From an uncultured virus (IMG/VR IMGVR_UViG_3300028590_000010) (Duplodnaviria; Heunggongvirae; Uroviricota; Caudoviricetes), in the IMG/VR virus record IMGVR_UViG_3300028590_000010: a stretch of 64,000 bases of DNA. One strand, given 5' to 3'. The first letter of the stretch is position 1, and each line of letters opens with the position of its first letter. The notes beneath the pieces were generated by a model that was not told the DNA's origin, did no database searches, and was given only the letters and a program-made list of their open reading frames with translations. This document shows, one piece after another, positions 43,835-53,414 of the stretch. Position numbers and translations under genes: made by a program.

Positions 43835-44335
43835 CTAGAACGGGACGTTCGGGGCCATGGGGTCGGCCACCGGAGCGGCGACGGGCGGGGCCTGAACCGG
43901 CGTGGGTGCCGGGGACGGTGCCGCCGCGTCAGGCGAGGGGGCCATGATCTTCTTGACGTCCTCGCGCTCCTCGCCGTTCCACACGCGGGTGCCGACCTCG
44001 ATACGGCAGGTCTTGCCGACCAGGTCTGCGGCCACCTTCTGCGGGGCGGGGTTCTGACTGAAGTATGCCGAGTCCAGGCCCATGGCGTTCATGTGGCGGA
44101 AGAAGAAGCCGAGCGCGGTGCCGTTCTCCGGGCTGATGACGAAGTTGTTCGGGACCTTGCGTCCACCGTGCGGCCCGCCGAGGATCTCGAACTTGACGAC
44201 GAGCATGTCCTTGCCCGCGCTGGTGGTCTTCGCGGTGCCCTCGACCACCCGCACGTCGTACGTGCCGGGAGGGCAGTTGCTGAAGCCCGCGTCTTCGGCT
44301 GCCTTCAGAAGGTCGGCAAAGTTCGCAGATGCCAT
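43835..44335 (-). CDS. ssDNA-binding protein (DUF669-like)
   Basis: PPGTYDVRVVE...KDMLVVKFEILGGPHGGRKV...DLVGKTC; C-terminal VPF; follows the AAA ATPase. Confidence 0.75.
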   Translation of the reverse strand: MASANFADLLKAAEDAGFSNCPPGTYDVRVVEGTAKTTSAGKDMLVVKFEILGGPHGGRKVPNNFVISPENGTALGFFFRHMNAMGLDSAYFSQNPAPQKVAADLVGKTCRIEVGTRVWNGEEREDVKKIMAPSPDAAAPSPAPTPVQAPPVAAPVADPMAPNVPF

Positions 44336-44337
44336 GT

Positions 44338-45069
44338 TCACGCCACCTCGTTCGTCGTCGCGTCCGCGTCGGAGCGGATCGTCTTGAGCATGTCGCCGAT
44401 GTTCGGGTTGTCGATGAAGTGACCGAGACGACCGCCCACGCGCTCGCCGGTCTCGTATCCCGGGGTCGGTCCGACGAGGAGGCGGCGCACCATGGCACCG
44501 TCCTCCGTCGGTACGGGTGCCAGATACGCCAGCAGGTCCGTGTAGTAGGGGAGAGTCGTCTTCAGCTGCCCCTGCACGTACGGGTGCTGCGTTCCGTCCT
44601 GCCGCTGCTGCGCCATCGCGATGAAGAGCACGACGTCGAGCGGCCGGACCGGATTGGTCGTCAGGTCACGGAACTTCCGGACCAGGTCTGACGCCTGGCG
44701 GAGCAGGGTCCCCCAGTCCTGGAGCTGCATGGGGTTGGTTCCGACGAGAGAGTCCACCATCCGCTGCTGGACCTCGGAGATCGAGTCCATGACGACCGAG
44801 CGGAACGGGTGCTTGCCGGAGTTGAGCCACTCGTACGCCCGCTGCACAGCGGTGAAGGAGTGCACGGGAACGAGTGCCGTCTCCCAGGAACCGTCGGCCT
44901 CCGGCGGAGCGTCCCGGGTCGGGTCCCACTTGATCTTCTTACTCGGGGTGAAGCGCGAGCCCATCTCCGCGTCGAGCACCAGGCGCGGGAAGGGGGTCGT
45001 GTCGCCGAGCGTGGACTTGCCGCCCTTGCTCGGACCGTAAACGATCAGCGAGATGCCGTCGTCAGTCAT
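44338..45069 (-). CDS. AAA_24 / Sak4-like ATPase (single-strand annealing)
   Basis: YGPSKGGKST, LDAEMG, VVMDSISEVQ, QDWG. Confidence 0.85.
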   Translation of the reverse strand: MTDDGISLIVYGPSKGGKSTLGDTTPFPRLVLDAEMGSRFTPSKKIKWDPTRDAPPEADGSWETALVPVHSFTAVQRAYEWLNSGKHPFRSVVMDSISEVQQRMVDSLVGTNPMQLQDWGTLLRQASDLVRKFRDLTTNPVRPLDVVLFIAMAQQRQDGTQHPYVQGQLKTTLPYYTDLLAYLAPVPTEDGAMVRRLLVGPTPGYETGERVGGRLGHFIDNPNIGDMLKTIRSDADATTNEVA

Positions 45070-46033
45070 CGGAGCCCTCCCCGACCACGGGGACGGACAC
45101 GCCGAACGCCGCCTTCACCGTGTCGATCAGATCGTTGTTGCGGTAGTGGTAGGGATCGAGCTGGATGTAGTTCGCACGCATCGCAGCGTCGACCCGGGAC
45201 CCGTCGTCGAACATCGCGCAGACGTTCGTGAAGTTGCAGTCCCACTTGCAGCGGTCGGTCATCGGGCTCGGGTACGCCGCCACTCGGTGGTCAGTGGCTC
45301 CCGCGTCGAGCTGCCGGGTCACCCGGTCCATGTCGTCGAGGACGCCGCGCAGCCGGAGCATCATGCTGTTGTGGTCGTGCCCGTTGTAGCCGATGTGGAC
45401 CTGCTCGTAGAACGGTCCGGATGCCCTGGCCGTGCGCTTGGAGCGCAGCAACATGGCGTAGATCGCCCCGTCCACCCGCATCCCGTCGGACGCCCGTGCC
45501 AGCAGCGCCGAGTAGATGCGCATCTGCTCGTCGAGGACCAGCAGGTCGGCCTTGTGGAGCGTGGCCACGGTCTTCCAGTCACGGACGCACAGCGCGCCGT
45601 CCATCCTGCGCCGGACGATCTGGTCGAGCTTGCCGGTGACGATAGCCATCTCACCGTTGGACAGCAGCAGCGGCACCTCGACGGCGCGCTCGACGGCGAC
45701 GGCGTCGTACTCCTCGTCGATGCCGGTCTCCGCTGCCCACTCCAGGTAGCCGGACACCATGATCATGGCCCAGTCCTGTTCAGCGGTCAGCGCGTCGGCT
45801 CCGTCGGGGCGGCGTGCTCGCTCGAAGTCGTAGATGATGCCGAGGGCGGAGCACGGGTCGATGTCGTATCCGTAGTACGCCTCAAGCGCGGCATGGATAC
45901 GCGTCCCGAGCTGCGCGGCACCGGTGACCGGCGCGGTCATCGGGTCCTGCCCCCACTTGTAGTAGTACGTGAGCGCCCAACTCCGCCTGCAACGGCGGAA
46001 CTTGGCTATCTCACTGGGGGAAACCTTCAGCAC
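45062..46033 (-). CDS. PD-(D/E)XK RecB/Cas4-like exonuclease
   Basis: SPSEI..F.RC.R.W, GTRIHAALE, GKLDQI...VRDWKT, QMRIY, C-terminal CKWDC...C. Confidence 0.88.
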   Translation of the reverse strand: MLKVSPSEIAKFRRCRRSWALTYYYKWGQDPMTAPVTGAAQLGTRIHAALEAYYGYDIDPCSALGIIYDFERARRPDGADALTAEQDWAMIMVSGYLEWAAETGIDEEYDAVAVERAVEVPLLLSNGEMAIVTGKLDQIVRRRMDGALCVRDWKTVATLHKADLLVLDEQMRIYSALLARASDGMRVDGAIYAMLLRSKRTARASGPFYEQVHIGYNGHDHNSMMLRLRGVLDDMDRVTRQLDAGATDHRVAAYPSPMTDRCKWDCNFTNVCAMFDDGSRVDAAMRANYIQLDPYHYRNNDLIDTVKAAFGVSVPVVGEGSDD

Positions 46034-46359
46034 GCCACCACTTCCCCGCGCGTGTTCGTGGTGCGCAGGCAGGTCTGGCAGACGAACCCGGACGGGGGGG
46101 CGTCGTCGCAGGTCCCGCACAACGGGCCGGACATGAAGTCGTTGAAGGTGACGCCGTACACCCGCATCGCGGCCACGACGAGATCGACCGACACCGTCTT
46201 GAAGCGCCCGTTCTCCACGTTCGCCAGGACGCTGCGGGTGATCGGGTACCCGGCCTGCGTGAGTTCGGAGGCCAGCGCCTCCCCCGTGATACGGCGAGTC
46301 TTACGGAAGGCGCGGATGCGCTTCGAGGCCCGGTTCGATATCCCGTAGATCTCGCTCAT
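46027..46359 (-). CDS. XRE HTH protein with C-terminal Zn finger
   Basis: IRAFRKTRRITGEALA...ITRSVLANVENGR; CGTC...CQTC. Confidence 0.8.
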   Translation of the reverse strand: MSEIYGISNRASKRIRAFRKTRRITGEALASELTQAGYPITRSVLANVENGRFKTVSVDLVVAAMRVYGVTFNDFMSGPLCGTCDDAPPSGFVCQTCLRTTNTRGEVVAC

Positions 46360-46514
46360 ACCACACCTCGCCGGAAGACTTCGCTGATGACTGCCTTGAC
46401 CAGCTCAAGCGCCTGGTCGGGGGTGAAACCGGCCTGCACCCAGGCCAGGTACATCTCGTGCTGGGCGACGGCACCTTCGTCCATGCCGCCCAGGAACTCC
46501 TCCGGCTCGCTCAC
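46356..46514 (-). CDS. Small hypothetical protein (52 aa)
   Basis: AAGGAGG RBS; HEMYLAWVQAGFTPDQAL. Confidence 0.65.
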   Translation of the reverse strand: MSEPEEFLGGMDEGAVAQHEMYLAWVQAGFTPDQALELVKAVISEVFRRGVV

Positions 46515-46735
46515 GCCGCCTCCTTCAGGGGGAGACGGTGCGGCCCGCCGCACTCCCAGGTGTAGAAGTCGTCCATGCACACGTCCTCACTGGGGTCCGG
46601 GCATACGCACCCGGGCCACATCTCCCAGTGGGTGCCCTCGTTGATGCACCGGTCGAGGTTGCGCGCGTCGAGCTGCTCCGGGATGTAGACCTGGCAGCGG
46701 CGGTTCGCCGGTGGGTGCATCGCAGTCCCGGTCAT
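46511..46735 (-). CDS. Small Cys-rich hypothetical protein
   Basis: Coupled ORF. Confidence 0.5.
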   Translation of the reverse strand: MTGTAMHPPANRRCQVYIPEQLDARNLDRCINEGTHWEMWPGCVCPDPSEDVCMDDFYTWECGGPHRLPLKEAA

Positions 46736-46941
46736 GCGTCCGGCTCGTTCTGCTTGAGCGCCTGGAGCTGCACGTACTCGTTCAGCGAGGTGACGGTGAT
46801 ACGGCGGAGTCGTCCGACCTTGATACTGCGCAGCTCGCCGGAGCTGATCAGTTCCTTCATCTTCGTCACGCCGATGCCGAGGGCGGCAGCCGCCTCTTCC
46901 GTCGTGTACAGAAGTCGCTGGACTTCGTTCGCGATGGTCAT
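46732..46941 (-). CDS. Excisionase-like HTH_17 DNA-binding protein
   Basis: LLYTTEEAAAALGIGVTKMKELISSGELRSIKVGRLRRI. Confidence 0.85.
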   Translation of the reverse strand: MTIANEVQRLLYTTEEAAAALGIGVTKMKELISSGELRSIKVGRLRRITVTSLNEYVQLQALKQNEPDA

Positions 46942-48449
46942 GCTGCGGCTCCCAGGAGTTGCGCCAACGTCTCGGGGTCCCGGATGACTTCGTCCATCCG
47001 GATCTTCTTCGTGGTCAGCAGTTCTTCCTGGCGTTCCTCGACGGTGCCGGGGGTGATCTGCTTGATGATGCGGATCGCGTCGTGCCGCTCGGACCCGATG
47101 CGGTGGACCCGGTCCCGGGCCTGCTGGTTCTGGATCTCGGAGTCGCTCTCCTGCATGAAGAGCATCGTCCGGCTGCGGGTCAGGGTGATCCCCTCGGCTC
47201 CGGCTCCGATCGTCAGCATGACCACGCGGATCTGCCCGTTCTGGAACCGCTGCACCGCCTGGTCGCGCTCGTACTGCGACTGTGCGCCGGTGATGAGGCC
47301 GTGAGGGATCTTCAGCTTGGTGAGCCGGTCGGACGCCAGCTCGATCAGCTGCCGGGAGACGGCGGCGACGACGAGGGGTTCGTCCTCCCCCATCTCGTCG
47401 AGCAGCTCCACGAGATCGTCCACCTTGCACGACGGCCCGGTGAGCCGGAGGTTGACGACGGGGATCTCGATGACCTTCTCAACGAGCTGCCCGTTCTCCC
47501 ACACCTCCTGCCGCTCCCTCTTGACGCCGGGTTCGGTCACCCCGGCTGCGGAGGCGAACTGCTTGAGCCGCGTGAACTTGGAGATGAAGTTCGGTGCCAC
47601 GAGGAGATCGTCGAGCTGCGCGATCATGTCGCGCTCCATCTCGTCGTACGCCTTCTTCTGGCGGGCCGTCATCACCGTGTGGCGCACCTGTACCGGAAGG
47701 ACGGGCGGCAGATGGGGAAGAGCCGCCTCCTTCGGGATGCGCCGCATGATCGGGTCGACGATGCGGAAGAACTCGTCCCGGTGCTCCGGCTTGAGGCCGT
47801 GCACTTCGAGGGCACCGAAGCTGTTGAGGCTGACGTCGGCAAAGTAGTCGAGGTACTTCGTCTTCGCCGGGAACCAGACCTCGTCGATCCCGTGGAGCAG
47901 ACTCCAGAGGTCGCCGACGTGGTTCGGGATGGGAGTGCCCGACGCGAGGTAACGGAACTCCGCGCCGTGCAGGACCGCCCATACGGCCCGAGTCTGAGCC
48001 GCCGTCGGGTTGGCCGCCTTGTGCGCCTCGTCGAGGATGACGGTCCGCAGCCCGAGCTGGTTCAGTTCCTTGGGTTCCTTCTCCTTCTCGGTGAGGGAGA
48101 TGGTCCCGTATCCGGCGAGCCGGGAATGAAGGCGAACGGCCTCCCAATTCAGCACGAACACCTGCGCGTCGGCGTCGAGTTGCTTACGACGCTTGGTCGC
48201 ATTCCCGTCGACCACCTGGTAGCTCAGCTCGGGAGCCCAGGTTGACAGTTCCCGCGCCCAGGTTGACAGCTTCAAGCTGTTCGGACAGACTACGAGAGCC
48301 GGAAAGGGGTTCTCGCCCAGTTCCTGCAACACCTGCATAGTGCGGATCAGCTGTGCCGTCTTGCCGGTGCCTGGAGGATCAGCGAGTAGAGCCCGCCGAC
48401 TCTTGACGAGAAAGGCAACGCCGGAGCGCTGGAAGCCGAGGAGCTTCAT
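46938..48449 (-). CDS. SNF2-family helicase
   Basis: LADPPGTGKT, ILDEAH, LASGTP, AGAEGITL, QARDRVHRIG. Confidence 0.92.
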   Translation of the reverse strand: MKLLGFQRSGVAFLVKSRRALLADPPGTGKTAQLIRTMQVLQELGENPFPALVVCPNSLKLSTWARELSTWAPELSYQVVDGNATKRRKQLDADAQVFVLNWEAVRLHSRLAGYGTISLTEKEKEPKELNQLGLRTVILDEAHKAANPTAAQTRAVWAVLHGAEFRYLASGTPIPNHVGDLWSLLHGIDEVWFPAKTKYLDYFADVSLNSFGALEVHGLKPEHRDEFFRIVDPIMRRIPKEAALPHLPPVLPVQVRHTVMTARQKKAYDEMERDMIAQLDDLLVAPNFISKFTRLKQFASAAGVTEPGVKRERQEVWENGQLVEKVIEIPVVNLRLTGPSCKVDDLVELLDEMGEDEPLVVAAVSRQLIELASDRLTKLKIPHGLITGAQSQYERDQAVQRFQNGQIRVVMLTIGAGAEGITLTRSRTMLFMQESDSEIQNQQARDRVHRIGSERHDAIRIIKQITPGTVEERQEELLTTKKIRMDEVIRDPETLAQLLGAAA

Positions 48450-48775
48450 ACGCCGCCTTCCATGCGTGACTCAACAAGGTCAATGGCTTGCGCGACGGGG
48501 TCGTCCGGGGACAACTCCATTGCATGTCTCAGTTGGAGTGCGGGTTCGATCCTCGCCCTGTAAATCTGCCAGGACCACTTGGCGAGGTTCGACCCGATTT
48601 CAAGTCGCTCTCCGAAGAGCCCACGAAGTATGACGCATGTCGGCCAACTCAGCGGTGCTGTCCAGTGTCCGGCACGTTTGTCGTACCGGGCTCCGGGAAC
48701 TTGCTGAACCAGATGACGTTCGTGGTACTGCGTTCGGATAGCGACTCTTCCGTCTTCTATCTCTGCGGCAGGCAC
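48446..48775 (-). CDS. HARP-like domain protein coupled to the helicase
   Basis: QYHERHLVQQVPGARYDKRAGHWTAP. Confidence 0.55.
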   Translation of the reverse strand: MPAAEIEDGRVAIRTQYHERHLVQQVPGARYDKRAGHWTAPLSWPTCVILRGLFGERLEIGSNLAKWSWQIYRARIEPALQLRHAMELSPDDPVAQAIDLVESRMEGGV

Positions 48776-48829
48776 ACCATCTTCTCCCCGTGCACTGCGC
48801 CTGAAGAGCGCTCTGAGCTGTGTGATCGC

Positions 48830-49315
48830 TCAGGTGGCGAGAGTACCACGCGGTGTGTACCCCGGGAAGAGTCTGGCTCGTATCGTGGGCGGCATCGGCT
48901 GACGCTTGAGCAGATCCGCCAACAGGTGCTGAGCAGCGTCGTTCGCGTGTCCCTTGCCGGGCTTGTACCAGCCCAACCTCCGCAGCCACACGACCTGTCC
49001 GAGGTTGCGCGCCGACGACGGCTGCGACCGGAGCACCTGGACCTGCGAGACGTAGGCCCAGTCGTCGAGCACACGGATCGCCCGCTGCGAGTGCTCCGAG
49101 GAGCTGGTCTTCCGGCCGCCGGACGTGGCGATGAATTTCTCGTACCCCAGGACCAATCGAGAGCGACGCCCCTTGGCGAGCTGGTCGAGCTTGCGCGCAA
49201 GGTCTGCGGGCCCGTACTGGCCTGACTGGAAGTCATCCGACGCGATGTCGTACCAGGCGAGACCGGTCATCAGACCCGGGTCCGCCCATACGATGAAGTT
49301 CCGCTCGCTGCTCAC
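48830..49315 (-). CDS. RuvC-like Holliday junction resolvase
   Basis: WADPGLMTGLA, LGYEKF, HANDAAQH. Confidence 0.7.
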   Translation of the reverse strand: MSSERNFIVWADPGLMTGLAWYDIASDDFQSGQYGPADLARKLDQLAKGRRSRLVLGYEKFIATSGGRKTSSSEHSQRAIRVLDDWAYVSQVQVLRSQPSSARNLGQVVWLRRLGWYKPGKGHANDAAQHLLADLLKRQPMPPTIRARLFPGYTPRGTLAT

Positions 49316-49581
49316 GATGCCCCTCCTGCCGTGCGCGCCACCAGGTGCCAGACCAGGTGTCCCCCGGGAGTCAATGTAGTGCCCACGTAGGTTGCGCCGG
49401 GCTCGACCCGGCGTCCGGTGCCGTATACCCGGTACTCCGTGGGGAGTTCGGTCGCCGACTCCCACGCCCAGAACTCCACGATGTCGGCGTCTCGGGAGGC
49501 AACGTGGAGTGGCCGCCCGGCGGTGTAGACCGTGTGCCACTCTTCGTCGACCGGGACGATGTACCTGAGAATGCGGGTCAC
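49312..49581 (-). CDS. Hypothetical protein (89 aa)
   Basis: RVYGTG...YVGT...LVWHL; coupled. Confidence 0.7.
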   Translation of the reverse strand: MTRILRYIVPVDEEWHTVYTAGRPLHVASRDADIVEFWAWESATELPTEYRVYGTGRRVEPGATYVGTTLTPGGHLVWHLVARTAGGAS

Positions 49582-51362
49582 GTCTTCACCCACCGTTCCG
49601 GCAGGATCGATCCGCCTGCCGTCAGAGGAACCGCGTATCCGTCGCGGTCTGTCATGCACTCCTCAACGATCTTCAGCGCTTCCTCGGCGTCCTCCTTCGG
49701 GACTTCGAGGAGCGCTTCGTCGTGGATCGGGAGGAGGAGGTTGTCACCGAGGCCGGAGGCGTCGATGTTGATGAGCGCCCGCTTCATGTACTCGGCGGCC
49801 GGTCCCTGGGTTGCGTAGTTCAGACCGGCGTACTCCTTGCCGGGCTTGAGCGGGAGGAACCGGCCCGACTTCAGCCACACCCCCGGGCGCTGGCCGTCCC
49901 GCTTCATCGCCATGGCGGCGGCGAGCAGCCGGTCGGCGAGTGAACGCATACCTGGGAAGTTCTTGTTGAACAGCCCCTCGATCATGGCCACCGTCTCGGC
50001 CGGGATACCGGCCGTTTCCGCCAACGTCTCGGGGCCCGCTCCGTAGGCGCGGGCGTAGACGAATGCCTTGAGCTGGGTGTATCGGGGGTCCTTCTTCGAG
50101 ATCGGCTCGCCGTACATCTCGCGGCCGATGATGAGGAAGACATTGGACCCTGTGGCGTCGGCCTCGTGGATCGCGCGGATGAGTCCCTCGTCGGCGGAGG
50201 CGTCGGCGATCATCCGCAGCTCGATCTGGTCGAGGTCGCAGGAGATGAGGACCAGACCCTCACGCGGTACGAAGGAACCCCGGATCGTTGTCTCGTCGCG
50301 GGAGAGCTGCTGGAGTGGCGGTTCGGACACCGACATCCGGCTGGTGGCGGCGGCCCCCATGACGTTGATCGACATCCGGAGGATGTCACCGGCGTCGCGC
50401 AGGTCCAGGAACTTGTGCAGGTAGTCGCGCGGGAACTTGTCGGCCTTGCGGACGGCGAGCAGGTACTTGGCCAGTTGCTTGACGGCCTCGTTCTGTCCGT
50501 GGTCCCGGTAGAAGCCGAGCGTCTCCTTGGTGTACTGCGGCTGCCCGGTCCCGGTCCAGAACAGGGACTCCTGGCCGATCCGCTCGAAGGCCCGGCGGAT
50601 CTGTCCGGCGGCGACGGGGCTCGTGATCTGGTGAGCCTTCGTCAGCCATTCGCGGATCTTGCCGCTGGTCTCTTCATAGGTCGCGATGGCGCGTTCGATG
50701 TAGGGGACATCGAGTTGCATCCCCTTCATCATCATCTTCGTGCAGATGCGGTTGGCCGCACGCTCCAGGTCGTACGCCTCCGGCGCGGAGGACATGACCC
50801 GGGGGGCCAGGTGGTCGTACAGGTGCGCCGTGATCACGGGGTCCAGCGCGGAGTAGATCCAGTACGGCGGATAGTTGATGGGGACCGTGGCCCAGGTCCA
50901 CCGGTTCGCCTTCATGCCCTCGTCGAGAGCCTTCTGCCCGGCCACGGCACGCCGGTCGATGAGTGAACTGCCCAGCGGTTTCAGCCCGTTGGCCCGGGAC
51001 GGGTCGTCTATTCGGGCCATGGTGAGGGTGTCGTGCATCCGCTCCCACGGCACGTCGTACCCGGCCTTGACAGAGAGGAACTTCCAGTCGTGGATGCCGT
51101 TGTGTGCGGCCCACTCCCCCTCGTAGGAGCGGAAGATCTCCAGGGCGACGCCGCCCCACCGTTCCCACGGCACAGCCCAGCCGGTGCGCTTGTCTCCGAA
51201 CTGCACCATGCGCAGGTCGGTCTTCCACGGCGAGAGCCCGCCGGATTCGGTGTCGAAGGCGACGACGCCATCGCGTCGTTCGCCGAGCCAGCGCTTGAGC
51301 GCCATCGCGTCGTCGATGCTCTCGACAAGGTGAAGGCTCACGTCAGCGAGTGGTGATGTCAC
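49578..51362 (-). CDS. polA: DNA polymerase, family A with 3'-5' exonuclease
   Basis: AFDTES, HDTL, YSALD; motif A DLDQIELR, motif B K...YARAYG, motif C IHDE. Confidence 0.95.
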   Translation of the reverse strand: MTSPLADVSLHLVESIDDAMALKRWLGERRDGVVAFDTESGGLSPWKTDLRMVQFGDKRTGWAVPWERWGGVALEIFRSYEGEWAAHNGIHDWKFLSVKAGYDVPWERMHDTLTMARIDDPSRANGLKPLGSSLIDRRAVAGQKALDEGMKANRWTWATVPINYPPYWIYSALDPVITAHLYDHLAPRVMSSAPEAYDLERAANRICTKMMMKGMQLDVPYIERAIATYEETSGKIREWLTKAHQITSPVAAGQIRRAFERIGQESLFWTGTGQPQYTKETLGFYRDHGQNEAVKQLAKYLLAVRKADKFPRDYLHKFLDLRDAGDILRMSINVMGAAATSRMSVSEPPLQQLSRDETTIRGSFVPREGLVLISCDLDQIELRMIADASADEGLIRAIHEADATGSNVFLIIGREMYGEPISKKDPRYTQLKAFVYARAYGAGPETLAETAGIPAETVAMIEGLFNKNFPGMRSLADRLLAAAMAMKRDGQRPGVWLKSGRFLPLKPGKEYAGLNYATQGPAAEYMKRALINIDASGLGDNLLLPIHDEALLEVPKEDAEEALKIVEECMTDRDGYAVPLTAGGSILPERWVKT

Positions 51363-51419
51363 ATGTCCGCCTTCCTGCCTCAGAGCAGGAAGATAACACC
51401 GGATCTCGCCGGATGGGAG

Positions 51420-51448
51420 ATTGTACCCTCGTCAACCCGGCCTGTCAA
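51420..51448 (-). promoter_or_regulatory. Near-consensus sigma70/HrdB promoter upstream of the polymerase
   Basis: TTGACA-N17-TACAAT. Confidence 0.8.
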
Positions 51449-51513
51449 CCTGAGCCAGAAACGGGAACCGCCCGCCGAGCGGGGGGATGCTCGACGGGCG
51501 GCGTCAGGGGACC

Positions 51514-51789
51514 CTACTCCCCGAGTTCCCTCGGAGACGGGACCAAACCCTTGCCCCACAGGTCACGTTCTTCGTCGGTCACGTCCGGAACCACCTCCGG
51601 CAGACCGAGCATGTTCAGTATCAGTGCCATGTCGTCGGCGCTCTCTTCGAGCCGACGCTTCACGTAGTGAGCCGCCAGCTTCCGCGCCGTGTCATCTTTC
51701 CAACCACCGCCCTCCGACACGACGAGAGCATCGCCGCGCCAGAGGATGTTGGCTATGTCGTCTGTCGTACTTCCCCGGGGTGCGTGCAC
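51514..51789 (-). CDS. Hypothetical protein (91 aa)
   Basis: Coupled GTG start. Confidence 0.5.
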   Translation of the reverse strand: MHAPRGSTTDDIANILWRGDALVVSEGGGWKDDTARKLAAHYVKRRLEESADDMALILNMLGLPEVVPDVTDEERDLWGKGLVPSPRELGE

Positions 51790-52352
51790 TAAAGCCGCCT
51801 TGTCTTCACCTGCTCCGCCGCGATGTTCGGGTCCACCGCCGACGCGACCTTCAGGAGCTTCATACTCAGGCCGTTCTTGTTGCGTTCCCGGCTGATCCGG
51901 TCGTTCATCACGTTGACGAACTCCCGCGCGGTGCGGCACCGGTGGAGGGTCGGGAGATCCTCCTCGACGGCGACGGACTCGGACTCCTCAAGGTAGTCGA
52001 GATCCTTCGGGTTGCAGTCCGGGCACGCCTTGAGTTCCCGGTACCGCTCCTCGTCGCGCATCACCATGCTCACCGGCAGGTTGATGCCGCTGCGGCACGG
52101 GCCTCCGGTGCGGTGGTAGAGGACGCTCCGGCCGACCACCTGGAGCACGTACATGTACTCCGAGTCAGGCTCTCGCACCCGGTACAGCGTGAGGTCCGTC
52201 CACCGCTTGTGACCGTATGTGTCCGCGATTTCGTAGGTCCACGACAGATCGGCGACCATTTCACCGACGAATTCCAGTGGCCCGGACTGGTCCTTCACGA
52301 CGATCTTGCCGTATGTGCCCGGCGAGTTGCTTTCAGTCACTGTCATCGTCAT
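51789..52352 (-). CDS. Hypothetical protein (187 aa; H...C...CPDC)
   Basis: RWTDLTLYR...YVLQVVGRSVLYH; GGAGAG RBS. Confidence 0.7.
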   Translation of the reverse strand: MTMTVTESNSPGTYGKIVVKDQSGPLEFVGEMVADLSWTYEIADTYGHKRWTDLTLYRVREPDSEYMYVLQVVGRSVLYHRTGGPCRSGINLPVSMVMRDEERYRELKACPDCNPKDLDYLEESESVAVEEDLPTLHRCRTAREFVNVMNDRISRERNKNGLSMKLLKVASAVDPNIAAEQVKTRRL

Positions 52353-52698
52353 CTCTCTCTCCGTCTCCAGGAGTTTTTCCTGTTTCCTCTCGCTTCCCGG
52401 CGTCGCACCGGAGGCACGAGGCCATGGACTCCTTCTCACTTCCTGACCGAAGGGTAACAGAAGTCGATCGTTCCGCTTCGGTGAGAGCACGCGAGTGTTT
52501 TCACCATGAAACTTCTGTTATCCCTTGGCCAACCCCTACTCCTGACCCAGCATGAAGGCGAGGAAACTCCCCCGGGGCGGGTCCTTCACAATTTCCCGCT
52601 CGAAGATCACGGGGCCCTCACACTCCTCGGCGTGGACCCACCTGGCACGACCGCGTCCCTTGTCATCGACGAAGGTCTCGTACTCGCAGTCGTCGTTG

Positions 52699-53010
52699 TC
52701 ACACTCGCGTGGCACGACCCCGCACCGCCCTCTCCTGCTGCGCCGCCCGGAGGATCTCCAGCGCCGACGACACCGTCAGATCCTGGTTCCTCGACACGCG
52801 CAGCTTGTCCCTCAGTCGCCGCATCTGGTCGTACCCCTCGGGTATCTCCCGCACCGCGAGGTCGTCGTACGCCGAACAGCGGAACCCCTCGGGGATGTGC
52901 AGCTCCAGCACCTCATCCCGATGTTCCTCCGCGCTGACGTCGTCGCCGAACTCGGCGATGCAGTCGACGCCGTCGAACACGCCGAACACACCACGAACCA
53001 TCACTATCAC
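52699..53010 (-). CDS. Hypothetical protein (103 aa)
   Basis: Co-oriented ORF. Confidence 0.55.
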   Translation of the reverse strand: MIVMVRGVFGVFDGVDCIAEFGDDVSAEEHRDEVLELHIPEGFRCSAYDDLAVREIPEGYDQMRRLRDKLRVSRNQDLTVSSALEILRAAQQERAVRGRATRV

Positions 53011-53035
53011 CTTCCTGTCATGAGGCTACGCAGGA

Positions 53036-53281
53036 TCAAGAGGACCCGTCAACCTCACACTCCGGCCACACATCGTCGATCCAGCAGGCACGCCAGCCGT
53101 CCCGGTTGACGGTTATCCACCATCGATCCGGACCGAATGGCTTGTTGTTTTCGACCTGTATCTGAAAGGTCTTTTCCCCGGGGGAACCGGGGGCCCGCTT
53201 GTCACTTACGACACCGGACGCACAACCCGTGACAACAAAAAAGACGCCGATTGCAACGACGCCTCGTACGTACTTTTTCAT
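53036..53281 (-). CDS. Small lipoprotein
   Basis: MKKYVR + hydrophobic stretch + lipobox VTGC; lower GC. Confidence 0.7.
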   Translation of the reverse strand: MKKYVRGVVAIGVFFVVTGCASGVVSDKRAPGSPGEKTFQIQVENNKPFGPDRWWITVNRDGWRACWIDDVWPECEVDGSS

Positions 53282-53414
53282 TTCCCCTGTCCCGTTGTCG
53301 ATCATGATCATGATACAACAAAGGGCACTCGTACTCGTTCACGTGTACGGGTGCCCGTGCCGGGGATTCTGTGCGCGTCCACCCCGACGGCAGACATCTT
53401 TGGCGCACCCTGCG

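Noticed and set aside
45062..46033. Cas4-like nuclease as evidence of a CRISPR system
   Set aside because: It sits in the usual exonuclease - Sak4-like ATPase - SSB recombination module.
46732..46941. Excisionase implying an integration module
   Set aside because: No integrase or attP visible; the HTH_17 gene is embedded in the replication operon.
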